32,000 nucleotides of DNA from Acaryochloris thomasi RCC1774 (lineage in GTDB: Bacteria > Cyanobacteriota > Cyanobacteriia > Thermosynechococcales > Thermosynechococcaceae), in contig NZ_PQWO01000019.1 of assembly GCF_003231495.1 (NCBI RefSeq), positions 1 to 32,000 of the forward strand, read 5' to 3'. Below the pieces are notes generated by a model, which was not told where the DNA came from, ran no database searches, and saw only the letters and a list, made by a program, of their open reading frames with translations. The translations under genes and the position numbers were made by a program. Shown piece by piece: positions 23,095-31,272 of the stretch; the stretch's first letter is position 1, and the number at the start of each line of letters is the position of its first letter.

Positions 23095-24891
23095 CTAGAA
23101 AGAGAACACGACCCGAACCAAGCCTTGATACAGGTCTGACTCAGCACTGCTGTTGTTGGGGTTAAGAATAGCCGAGAAAATCGGGCTAATCGTAATGTTG
23201 TCATTAACAGGGAAGCGATAAAACATTTCGATGTTTATCTGCTCTTCGTCGTTAACACCTGCAGCAGGTGAATCAATGCTGTTAATGAACGGCATGCCCA
23301 CAGCAGCAGCCAACTGAGAACCAGGAATCAAGAGATCGTCAACGCCAATACCTGCCTGCCAAGTTTGGGCATCAAACTCCCCTCTTTGAACGGTATCAAA
23401 TGGAATTGGGGTTGTTTCGCCGTTGGCATTGGCGAAGGAGAATCCATAGCGGCCGAAGATACCAAACCGGCCAAACTTGGCCTCAGCATTAACGCCAATG
23501 ACGTCTTGCTCAATCTCGCTAACGGCTGAGTTTGTATACTGCAAACGAATCGCACCATCAATAGCGCCAAAAGTGTTTGCGTACTCAATTTCGGCTGTTG
23601 CCTGATAAGGGTCACCAAATAGGCCGCCGTCATTATCGACTTGAACTGCAGAGAATCCATTGACCGCAGTGTAAGCACCTCTAAACGAAAGAGGTCCACC
23701 GCCAGGATTGAAGTCAAAACCACCACCAGCACCACCGGTAAAGTTAGTGGCGAAGGGAGTAATGAGAGGATTGTTGACAAAGAACCAAGTACTGAAACCC
23801 GTGAAAGGACTTGTGAAGCTGTTGCCATCAATAATATCTGTGGGGTAGAACAAAGGGGCTACCGTGACAGCCAAATCTTCAATCGGTTTGAAAGTGTAGG
23901 CCAATCGATAGAGCAGAGCTTCAGTACCCACACCTGCAAAGTAGTTCTGACTGGGGTTCAGGAACTGACGATCACCAGTAAGCGGAGAAGCAACGCCGTT
24001 TGCTGAAGTTGTATCACCAATGGAAGCCTCGGTGAAAATATCCGTTCCTCCATTACCGAAGAACAGAGTTGTCTCTAGTAAATCGTCTCCAGAGAAGCTC
24101 GTATTAAAGCTCATGTAGACGGCAGCGATCGCACTGGCACGGGAATCGCCTAGCTGATCGAGACCTGGATCTCTACCGTCAGTAGAAATATCGAATGCGC
24201 TTGAAGAGTCGCCAAATTGGCCCAAGAATACTGCGGTTGCACTCAATTTGGTGGTTGTAGAAAACTGTTGCGCTTCTACTGTATCCACTCGAGCTTCTAG
24301 GCCATCAACTCGACCTCTGAGGGTCGCTAATTCAGCCGCAAATTCATCCTGCAGCGCTTTAACTGCATCTAAGTCAGCTTTGGAAGCGAAGCGATCGCTA
24401 ATCTGGTCGAGACAAGCATTGAGAGCCGCAGCCATTTCGTAACGAGTGGCAGACCGGTTTCCCCTAAAGGTTCCGTTGGGATACCCTGCAATACAGCCGT
24501 AGCGCTCCACTAGAGACTGCAGGGCTTGGAAAGCCCAATCTGTCGGCTGCACGTCAGAAAGCTGTGAGACAGAGGTCACCTGCCCCACTGAATCAGATTT
24601 TGTTGATTCAACTAAATCCGAGACAGAGGTGGTTTGCCCAATGGACTGATCGGCAAGGGTGAAAGGCTGCTCAACACTAGAAAGACTGGATATCTCAGCA
24701 TTTGCTTGAGCAGTCTCTTCTACTGGATTTGACAGTGACTCAGCGGTTATCGGAGACAGCGCGGGAACTTCCTGCGCTTGCGACGCGTCCGTAACTTTAT
24801 CTTCGGCGTTAGCAGGAACAGCCGCTGCTAAGTAAACAGGTAGCAGCAGCGAAACTGAGAAAAGTATTCGCCCCAAATTAAGTCTAGCCAT
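23095..24891 (-). CDS. cyanobacterial outer-membrane porin (N-terminal SLH domain, coiled coil, OprB-like beta-barrel)
   Basis: Signal peptide (LLLPVYLAAAVPANA). SLH motif DVQPTDWAFQALQSLVERYGCIAGYPNGTFRGNRSATRYEMAAALNACL. Coiled coil LRGRVDGLEARVDTVEAQQFSTTTKL. Gly/aromatic-rich barrel ending ...VRVVFSF. Confidence 0.85.
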   Translation of the reverse strand: MARLNLGRILFSVSLLLPVYLAAAVPANAEDKVTDASQAQEVPALSPITAESLSNPVEETAQANAEISSLSSVEQPFTLADQSIGQTTSVSDLVESTKSDSVGQVTSVSQLSDVQPTDWAFQALQSLVERYGCIAGYPNGTFRGNRSATRYEMAAALNACLDQISDRFASKADLDAVKALQDEFAAELATLRGRVDGLEARVDTVEAQQFSTTTKLSATAVFLGQFGDSSSAFDISTDGRDPGLDQLGDSRASAIAAVYMSFNTSFSGDDLLETTLFFGNGGTDIFTEASIGDTTSANGVASPLTGDRQFLNPSQNYFAGVGTEALLYRLAYTFKPIEDLAVTVAPLFYPTDIIDGNSFTSPFTGFSTWFFVNNPLITPFATNFTGGAGGGFDFNPGGGPLSFRGAYTAVNGFSAVQVDNDGGLFGDPYQATAEIEYANTFGAIDGAIRLQYTNSAVSEIEQDVIGVNAEAKFGRFGIFGRYGFSFANANGETTPIPFDTVQRGEFDAQTWQAGIGVDDLLIPGSQLAAAVGMPFINSIDSPAAGVNDEEQINIEMFYRFPVNDNITISPIFSAILNPNNSSAESDLYQGLVRVVFSF

Positions 24892-25136
24892 ACTTGAAAT
24901 TACTCCTCACGACACTGAAACGTGTTAATCGGGCTGATTGCTTGATACTTTGTATCAATTCAGCTCGTAATTATCCCACCTTCTCAAATCAACTCCAAGC
25001 AGGTCACTAGATAGAGTAGATGAGATCGCAAGTCCTCAGAATATCAAGAACAGCACCACACTCACCTCTCTGAGAACAGCATGAGAGCGAAATGAGATAT
25101 CAATATCTAGTTATAGGCATTTATCCGGCATCTTTT

Positions 25137-25150
25137 GTATTGAAGACTAC
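25137..25150 (-). promoter_or_regulatory. candidate NtcA box, possibly serving the porin gene
   Basis: Perfect GTA-N8-TAC (GTATTGAAGACTAC). On the minus strand a TATAAC hexamer (25115-25110) follows at 21-nt spacing. No acceptable -10 in the plus direction. Confidence 0.35.
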
Positions 25151-25594
25151 AAAAGATGATTAACTCACTCCATCGATTTTTCTTTTGCAGAATCTTACCC
25201 AAAGGCAACGGTGGAAGCACTTTGAGGCATCAGAGCCTATCCAAAACCTAACTCTATTGTCATGATTTCATTGCAATTAGAGTAGAGGTTAGGGTTGCTC
25301 GGCACAGGCGGCTTAAGCCGCGTCATCAGACAACTTGAGGTAGATACACGGAGATAAACAACCTCCAAGATGAAGGGAATCTGAATCTTGTATGAGAAGT
25401 CCCCCGACATCAAAACTCTATTTCCCTAACGCTTAGGATCGGGATTTTACTGAAGCCTAGCGATGACAATGAAGCACTGCTCAACGAAATTAAGAAGATA
25501 TTAAAGCCTGTGCACGAAGCTTCGCAGTGCTGGGCCTGACAAGTATTCTAGAAATCCGTTTCTATTTCCACTCTGCTATACCCATGTCTTTTTT

Positions 25595-25636
25595 GTAACA
25601 AGGATTACATTCTTAGGCAACTCTCAGCCCTAATAT
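25595..25636 (+). promoter_or_regulatory. NtcA-activated (class II) promoter of the urt operon
   Basis: GTAACAAGGATTAC (25595-25608), exactly 22 nt, then TAATAT (25631-25636). This matches the consensus GTAN8TAC-N22-TAN3T. Predicted TSS is near 25643, giving a leader of about 190 nt to urtA. Confidence 0.7.
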
Positions 25637-25833
25637 CTCAAGGAATCATAAGGAGACTGTTTCTAAAGCTCAGCAGCCCCGCAGTCTGATGTTTTTAAGA
25701 AGGAACATTAACTACTTGTGCATTTTCACAAATAGTTAGTCTAAGACGCAGTGCAAAGATGACCTTAGCGTTCAGGCTTGAGTTACGGTTTCACTGCTAA
25801 ATGGCATTTACTAATGAGGAGTAAGTCGGTTTT

Positions 25834-27117
25834 ATGGCTAGAGGATTTAACAGACGAGAATTTCTGATCATGGGTTCCGTTGCTTCCGGCAGCGTTTTGC
25901 TCAAGGCATGTACCTCCAGTCCCGAGGGCGGCAGCGGCGAAGGAGCAGCTGGCGATCCTATAAAAGTCGGAATTCTTCACTCTCTCAGTGGCACCATGGC
26001 CATTAGCGAAAAGAGTGTCGTTGATGCTGAACAACTGGCGATTAAAGAAATCAACGAAGCTGGAGGCGTTCTCGGTCGCCCCATCGAAGCTGTCATTGAG
26101 GATGGTCAGTCTGACTGGGATGTCTTCACAGAGAAGTCTAAGAAATTGATTGACCAAGACAAGGTCGCAGTCGTGTTTGGCTGCTGGACTTCGGCCAGTC
26201 GTAAAGCTGTCTTACCTGTATTTGAATCCAAAGACCATCTGCTCTTCTACCCCGTCCAGTACGAAGGCCAAGAATGTTCTAAGAACATTTTCTATACCGG
26301 AGCAGCACCGAATCAACAGATCGAGCCTTCCGTCGATTGGCTTTTGGAAGAGTACAAAGACAAGCCTTTCTTCTTGGTCGGGTCTGACTACGTTTTTCCT
26401 CGAACTGCAAACACCATTATCAAGGCTCAGCTCGAAGCCAAGGGCGGAACTGTTGTGGGTGAAGAGTACATCCAGCTGGGCAGTACGGATGTAACCCCTG
26501 TAGTGGCGAAAATTCAGCAAGCCTTACCCGACGGCGGTATCATCTACAACAGTTTGAATGGGGACACCAACGTAGCCTTCTTTAAACAGATTCAGGGTAA
26601 AGGAATGGGGCCAGACAAGTACCCTACGATGTCGGTCAGTATTGCCGAAGAAGAGGTGAAAGCAATTGGCGTAGAGTATCTCAAGGATCACTATGCAGCC
26701 TGGAACTATTTCCAAACCGTGGATACCCCCGAAAGCAAGAAATTTGTTGATGCTTTCAAGGCTGAGTATGGCGACGACCGTGTGGTCAATGACCCGATGG
26801 AAGCGGCCTACATCATGGTTTACCTTTGGAAGCAAGCCGTCGAACAGGCAGGCGGTCCAGACGATCTGGAAAAAGTGCGGGCGGCAACGATTGGTCAGGA
26901 GTTTGCAGCACCTAACGGTCCAGTGAAAGTGGCCCCTAACCACCATATTTCCAAGACTGTGCGGATCGGCAAGATTGGTGAAGACGGTCTGTTTGAGATT
27001 GTTAACGCCACAGACGGCCCTGTCGAACCGATTGCTTGGAATCAGTATGTTGCTGAAACCAAAGGATTTGCCTGTGACTGGTCTGATCCGGCGAAGGGCG
27101 AAAAGTTCAAAATTTAG
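25834..27117 (+). CDS. urtA: urea ABC transporter substrate-binding protein
   Basis: Lipoprotein-like signal (LLKACTSS). IKVGILHSLSGTMAISEKSVVDAEQLAIKEINEAGGVLGRPIE is typical of UrtA. First gene of the five-gene urt arrangement. Confidence 0.9.
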   Translation: MARGFNRREFLIMGSVASGSVLLKACTSSPEGGSGEGAAGDPIKVGILHSLSGTMAISEKSVVDAEQLAIKEINEAGGVLGRPIEAVIEDGQSDWDVFTEKSKKLIDQDKVAVVFGCWTSASRKAVLPVFESKDHLLFYPVQYEGQECSKNIFYTGAAPNQQIEPSVDWLLEEYKDKPFFLVGSDYVFPRTANTIIKAQLEAKGGTVVGEEYIQLGSTDVTPVVAKIQQALPDGGIIYNSLNGDTNVAFFKQIQGKGMGPDKYPTMSVSIAEEEVKAIGVEYLKDHYAAWNYFQTVDTPESKKFVDAFKAEYGDDRVVNDPMEAAYIMVYLWKQAVEQAGGPDDLEKVRAATIGQEFAAPNGPVKVAPNHHISKTVRIGKIGEDGLFEIVNATDGPVEPIAWNQYVAETKGFACDWSDPAKGEKFKI

Positions 27118-27177
27118 AGCCAGCCTCTAAACTCAAAACGCCATCATTCACGACTGCTTTCATAAGGAGTATCCTTC

Positions 27178-28335
27178 TTGACCGCGTTACTCGACGGCTT
27201 ATTTGATGGCATCAGCATTGGCTCAGTTCTGCTTTTAGCGGCGCTGGGCCTTGCGATTGTCTTTGGCCTCATGGGTGTCATTAACATGGCCCATGGGGAA
27301 CTGATGATGATGGGTGCCTACACGACCTTTGTCGTTCAGAATCTCTTTAAACCACTGGGCGCACCCTGGTTTGGCCTCTATATCATCGTGGCTCTGGTTG
27401 CCGCCTTCATCGTCACAGCGATTATGGGACTGATTTTAGAACGGGGCGTCATTCGCTATCTTTACGGGCGACCGCTAGAGACGCTCTTGGCAACCTGGGG
27501 CGTCAGCTTAATTTTGCAGCAGTTTGTCCGCAGCGTTAGCTGGATGCTCGTGATTGGCCTGTCGCTGTTCTGCATCTTGTTTTTTGGTGCGATGTCGTTT
27601 CTATCGCGACGGCCCAACTTTCAGCGCATTCGGAGCTGGGCACTGGTGATTTTGCTACCCCTCTCAACGGGCATTGCCTGGAATGTGGCAACCTTTATCG
27701 GAGACGTCTACAAGCTGCCAGTGACAAAGCCCTGGTTTGGTGCCCAGAACGTTGATGTAACCGCTCCAGGATGGCTCCGAGGGGGGCTTAAATTGGGAAC
27801 TTCTCAGATCCCTTACACGCGTCTCTTTATTCTGGGGCTAACGATTGTTTGTATTCTGGGCGTTTACACCTTCTTGCATCGCTCTGCCTGGGGGCTGCGA
27901 ATTCGGGCGGTGACGCAAAATCGTGAGATGAGTGCCTGTTTGGGCATTCCCACGCAAACGGTGGATGCATTGACTTTTGCCATCGGTTCAGGGCTGGCCG
28001 GAATTGCAGGCTGCGCAGTCAGCTTCCTCGGATCGGTTGGCCCAAATACAGGGCAGAACTACATTGTTGACACCTTTATGGTGGTCGTTGTTGGCGGTGT
28101 GGGTAAGTTGGTGGGCAGCATTGTGGCCGCGCTAGCGATCGGGATCGCCAACTACGTGATCGGAACTAACGCCCTTGGTCCTTTGGTTGCATCCGTTCCA
28201 TTTCTGTCTGACTTTTTTGCCTTTTTTGCCAATGCCAGTATGGCCAAGGTGATGGTGTTTGCTTTAATTATCAGCTTCCTGCAGTTCAAGCCTGCAGGGA
28301 TGTTCCCGCAGAAAGGACGGACGGTGGATGCTTAG
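27178..28335 (+). CDS. urtB: urea ABC transporter permease
   Basis: Branched-chain-type permease. TTG start is preceded by AAGGAG at 9-nt spacing. Position and size (385 aa) are typical of UrtB. Confidence 0.88.
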   Translation: MTALLDGLFDGISIGSVLLLAALGLAIVFGLMGVINMAHGELMMMGAYTTFVVQNLFKPLGAPWFGLYIIVALVAAFIVTAIMGLILERGVIRYLYGRPLETLLATWGVSLILQQFVRSVSWMLVIGLSLFCILFFGAMSFLSRRPNFQRIRSWALVILLPLSTGIAWNVATFIGDVYKLPVTKPWFGAQNVDVTAPGWLRGGLKLGTSQIPYTRLFILGLTIVCILGVYTFLHRSAWGLRIRAVTQNREMSACLGIPTQTVDALTFAIGSGLAGIAGCAVSFLGSVGPNTGQNYIVDTFMVVVVGGVGKLVGSIVAALAIGIANYVIGTNALGPLVASVPFLSDFFAFFANASMAKVMVFALIISFLQFKPAGMFPQKGRTVDA

Positions 28336-29488
28336 GGCCATTAATCAGAAAATTCAACAAAGGCCGCGTCTGTTTGAGGCAGGATTGGTCGTTGCGATCG
28401 CACTTCTAATCCTATTCGCTGCCCCTGCCATCCTTACTGCAGTGGGCCAAGAGTTTCGCGTCAACATGCTGGGACGATTTCTGGCACTTGCGATCGTCGC
28501 CCTCGGCATTGACCTGATCTGGGGCTACACCGGCATCTTAAGCTTAGGACATGGTTTATTTTTCACGCTCGGCGGCTATGCCCTAGCCATGTACCTGAAG
28601 CTGCAGCTCCCAGAGGGAGAACTGCCTGAGTTTTTTACCCTCTACGGCGTCACTGAACTGCCTTGGTTCTGGAAGCCGTTTTATTCATTTCCATTTGCAT
28701 TGGCGGCCACCGTTTTCGTGCCAATGCTAATTGCCACATTGTTGGGCTATCTGGTGTTCCGAAATCGGATCCGGGGGGTTTACTTTTCAATCTTGACCCA
28801 GGCCGCCCTGATCGTTTTCTTCAACTTCTTCAATAGTCAGCAAAAGCTGATCAATGGCACTAACGGTCTAAAGACAGACACGACCAAGATCTTCGATATG
28901 TACGTAGGGTCAGACGATGTACAAAGAGTTCTGTACATCCTGAGTGTGGTGTTCTTGATCTTAGCCTATTGTTTGAGCCGCTGGCTCACCAGTGGTCGCT
29001 TAGGTCGCCTACTGATTGCCATTCGAGATGACGAAAGCCGGGTTCGATTTTCAGGCTATGACCCGACCGGCTTCAAGGTGCTTGTCTTTGCAGTGTCGGC
29101 GGGACTAGCAGGGATCGCCGGTGCTCTCTATGCAGCCCAATCCGGCGGCATTTCGCCGAAAACCATGGACATTGCCTTCTCTATTGAGATGGTGATTTGG
29201 GTCGCCGTGGGGGGGCGGGCCAGCTTGGTCGGTGCTGTTTTGGGCGCAATTCTAGTCAACTTTTCTAAAAGTATTCTGAGCGAGCAGTTCCCGCAGGTGT
29301 GGCTATTTTTCTTGGGCGGATTGTTTTTGACGGTGGTGACGGTTTTGCCTGATGGGTTTGTGGGTTGGATACGGACAACGGGTGTGGAACAGGTGCGATC
29401 TCGTCTAGGCCGTCGTCGGCTCTTAACTTACCCCAGCTTGTCAGAAGATCCAGAGGTAGAATATGAGCGCCAAAATCTTAGAAATTGA
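28328..29488 (+). CDS. urtC: urea ABC transporter permease
   Basis: LivM-type permease (LSLGHGLFFTLGGYALAMYL, IRDDESRVRFSGY). 8-nt overlap with urtB. Confidence 0.88.
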   Translation: MLRAINQKIQQRPRLFEAGLVVAIALLILFAAPAILTAVGQEFRVNMLGRFLALAIVALGIDLIWGYTGILSLGHGLFFTLGGYALAMYLKLQLPEGELPEFFTLYGVTELPWFWKPFYSFPFALAATVFVPMLIATLLGYLVFRNRIRGVYFSILTQAALIVFFNFFNSQQKLINGTNGLKTDTTKIFDMYVGSDDVQRVLYILSVVFLILAYCLSRWLTSGRLGRLLIAIRDDESRVRFSGYDPTGFKVLVFAVSAGLAGIAGALYAAQSGGISPKTMDIAFSIEMVIWVAVGGRASLVGAVLGAILVNFSKSILSEQFPQVWLFFLGGLFLTVVTVLPDGFVGWIRTTGVEQVRSRLGRRRLLTYPSLSEDPEVEYERQNLRN

Positions 29489-30221
29489 AGATCTGACCGT
29501 TAGCTTTGATGGCTTCAAAGCCTTAAATCAGCTCAACTTCAGCATGGATCCAGGAGAGTTGCGCGTCATTATTGGACCCAATGGCGCGGGCAAGACCACC
29601 TTTTTGGATGTGATTACGGGTAAGGTACAGCCCACCATCGGCTCCGCCCGTTTCAAAGGTAAAAACCTCAAGGCACGCTCTGAACATCAGATCTGTCGCA
29701 TGGGTATTGGCCGTAAATTTCAAACGCCGCGTATCTTCCTGAAACTGACGCCGCGAGAGAACCTTAGCTTAGCGGGCAATCGATATAAGGGTGTATTTTC
29801 GACCTTGCTCAACAAAAAGCCCGCTGGTGAGCGGCAAACGATTGGGGGACTGCTAGAAACCATTGGCTTGACGGCCAAAGCCGATATCTCAGCAGAACTG
29901 CTCTCCCACGGCGAAAAGCAGCGGCTAGAAATTGGGATGCTGGTTGCCCAATCTCCGGACTTACTGCTCGTTGATGAACCCGTGGCAGGCCTCACAGATG
30001 AAGAGACAGAGAATGTCGGGAACTTGCTGCTTGACTTAGCTGAGAGCCATTCCATTATTGTGATTGAGCATGATATGGAGTTTGTGCGCCAGATTGCCCG
30101 CCAGCAGGTCACGGTTCTCCATCAGGGTAGCGTGCTGTGCGAAGGCAAGATGAGCGACGTTCAAAACGATCCCCGCGTCATTGAGGTTTACCTGGGCGAA
30201 GCACCTTCAATGGATGAATGA
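29463..30221 (+). CDS. urtD: urea ABC transporter ATP-binding protein
   Basis: ILEIEDLTVSFDGFKALN. Walker A GPNGAGKTT. Signature LSHGEKQRLEIG. Walker B LLLVDEP. Confidence 0.9.
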   Translation: MSAKILEIEDLTVSFDGFKALNQLNFSMDPGELRVIIGPNGAGKTTFLDVITGKVQPTIGSARFKGKNLKARSEHQICRMGIGRKFQTPRIFLKLTPRENLSLAGNRYKGVFSTLLNKKPAGERQTIGGLLETIGLTAKADISAELLSHGEKQRLEIGMLVAQSPDLLLVDEPVAGLTDEETENVGNLLLDLAESHSIIVIEHDMEFVRQIARQQVTVLHQGSVLCEGKMSDVQNDPRVIEVYLGEAPSMDE

Positions 30222-30985
30222 TGAATAGTACCTCTCCTAAAGCTGAACACGCCATGCAAATGCCTAATGACCTAGAGACCCCACCGATGCTCGGCATTTC
30301 TGGCCTCAACTTTTATTACGGTGAAAGTCACATTCTGCGAGGGATTGACATGACCGTTGCGCCGGGGAAAATGGTTTGCCTAATCGGACGCAATGGCGTC
30401 GGCAAAACCACGCTGCTCAAAAATATTCTCGGCTTACTTAAACCCAGAACCGGCACTCTAACAATGGACGGGAATCCTATGACCCGGAAGACCCCAGACC
30501 AGCGGGCCAGAATGGGCGTTGGCTATGTTCCTCAAGGACGGGAGATTATCCCTGGGTTGACGGTAAAAGAAAATCTGATTCTGGGCCTAGAGGCACGCCC
30601 CAACAAAAGAGGCAAGGCCAAAATCCCTGATCTGGTCTTCGAGCTTTTCCCGGTTTTGAACACCATGCTAGAGCGGATGGGAGGAGATTTAAGCGGAGGG
30701 CAGCAGCAGCAGCTTGCGATCGCACGTGCCTTGGTCGGTGAACCCAGGCTTTTAGTCCTAGATGAACCCACCGAAGGCATTCAACCCTCGATTATTTTAG
30801 AGATCGAAGCCGCAGTGCGACAGATTATCGAAACCACCGGTATTTCTGTACTCCTAGTGGAGCAGCACCTTCATTTCGTCCGGCAGGCAGATTGGTACTA
30901 CGCCATGCAAAAAGGCGGCATTGTCGCCTCTGGTCCCACAGATGAACTCAGCAACGAAGTTATCCAAGAATTTTTAGCCGTCTAG
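30218..30985 (+). CDS. urtE: urea ABC transporter ATP-binding protein
   Basis: LNFYYGESHILRGI. Walker A GRNGVGKTT. Signature LSGGQQQQLAIARAL. Walker B LLVLDEP. 4-nt overlap with urtD; the exact start among several ATGs is uncertain. Confidence 0.9.
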   Translation: MMNSTSPKAEHAMQMPNDLETPPMLGISGLNFYYGESHILRGIDMTVAPGKMVCLIGRNGVGKTTLLKNILGLLKPRTGTLTMDGNPMTRKTPDQRARMGVGYVPQGREIIPGLTVKENLILGLEARPNKRGKAKIPDLVFELFPVLNTMLERMGGDLSGGQQQQLAIARALVGEPRLLVLDEPTEGIQPSIILEIEAAVRQIIETTGISVLLVEQHLHFVRQADWYYAMQKGGIVASGPTDELSNEVIQEFLAV

Positions 30986-31056
30986 GTTGCTTTGTTGCGA
31001 TCGCAAACACTTGCCCCATTGTCAGAAAAATATCTTACCTCTCTAGACACCACCGT

Positions 31057-31272
31057 ATGCCAGAAACCTCAAGTCATCCAACAAACTCTTCAGCCACCTT
31101 CGAAGTCAAAGCTTACGTCACTCAGACCGCAAAACTGCTGGGCCTTTCTATTCCTCCTGAACAGATGGGAAGCGTAGTCGAAAACTTCGAAAGCATCCAA
31201 ACTATCGCCCAACCAGTGCTGGATTTTCCATTACCTGACACTCTAGAAGCGGCCCCCACCTTCGAGCCATAA
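31057..31272 (+). CDS. small AtzG-like/DUF4089-like protein (GatC-like partner of the downstream amidase)
   Basis: 71-aa ORF whose stop overlaps the amidase start by 1 nt (ATAATG). Size and position match the small-subunit plus amidase-signature-enzyme arrangement. I cannot verify sequence-level family membership. Confidence 0.55.
   Translation: MPETSSHPTNSSATFEVKAYVTQTAKLLGLSIPPEQMGSVVENFESIQTIAQPVLDFPLPDTLEAAPTFEP

Noticed and set aside
25308-25321. Perfect 14-bp palindrome GCGGCTTAAGCCGC in the porin-urtA intergenic region, considered as a transcription-factor operator.
   Set aside because: It is a single occurrence with no matching half-sites elsewhere in the window and no known consensus that I can name. 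Evidence is insufficient.
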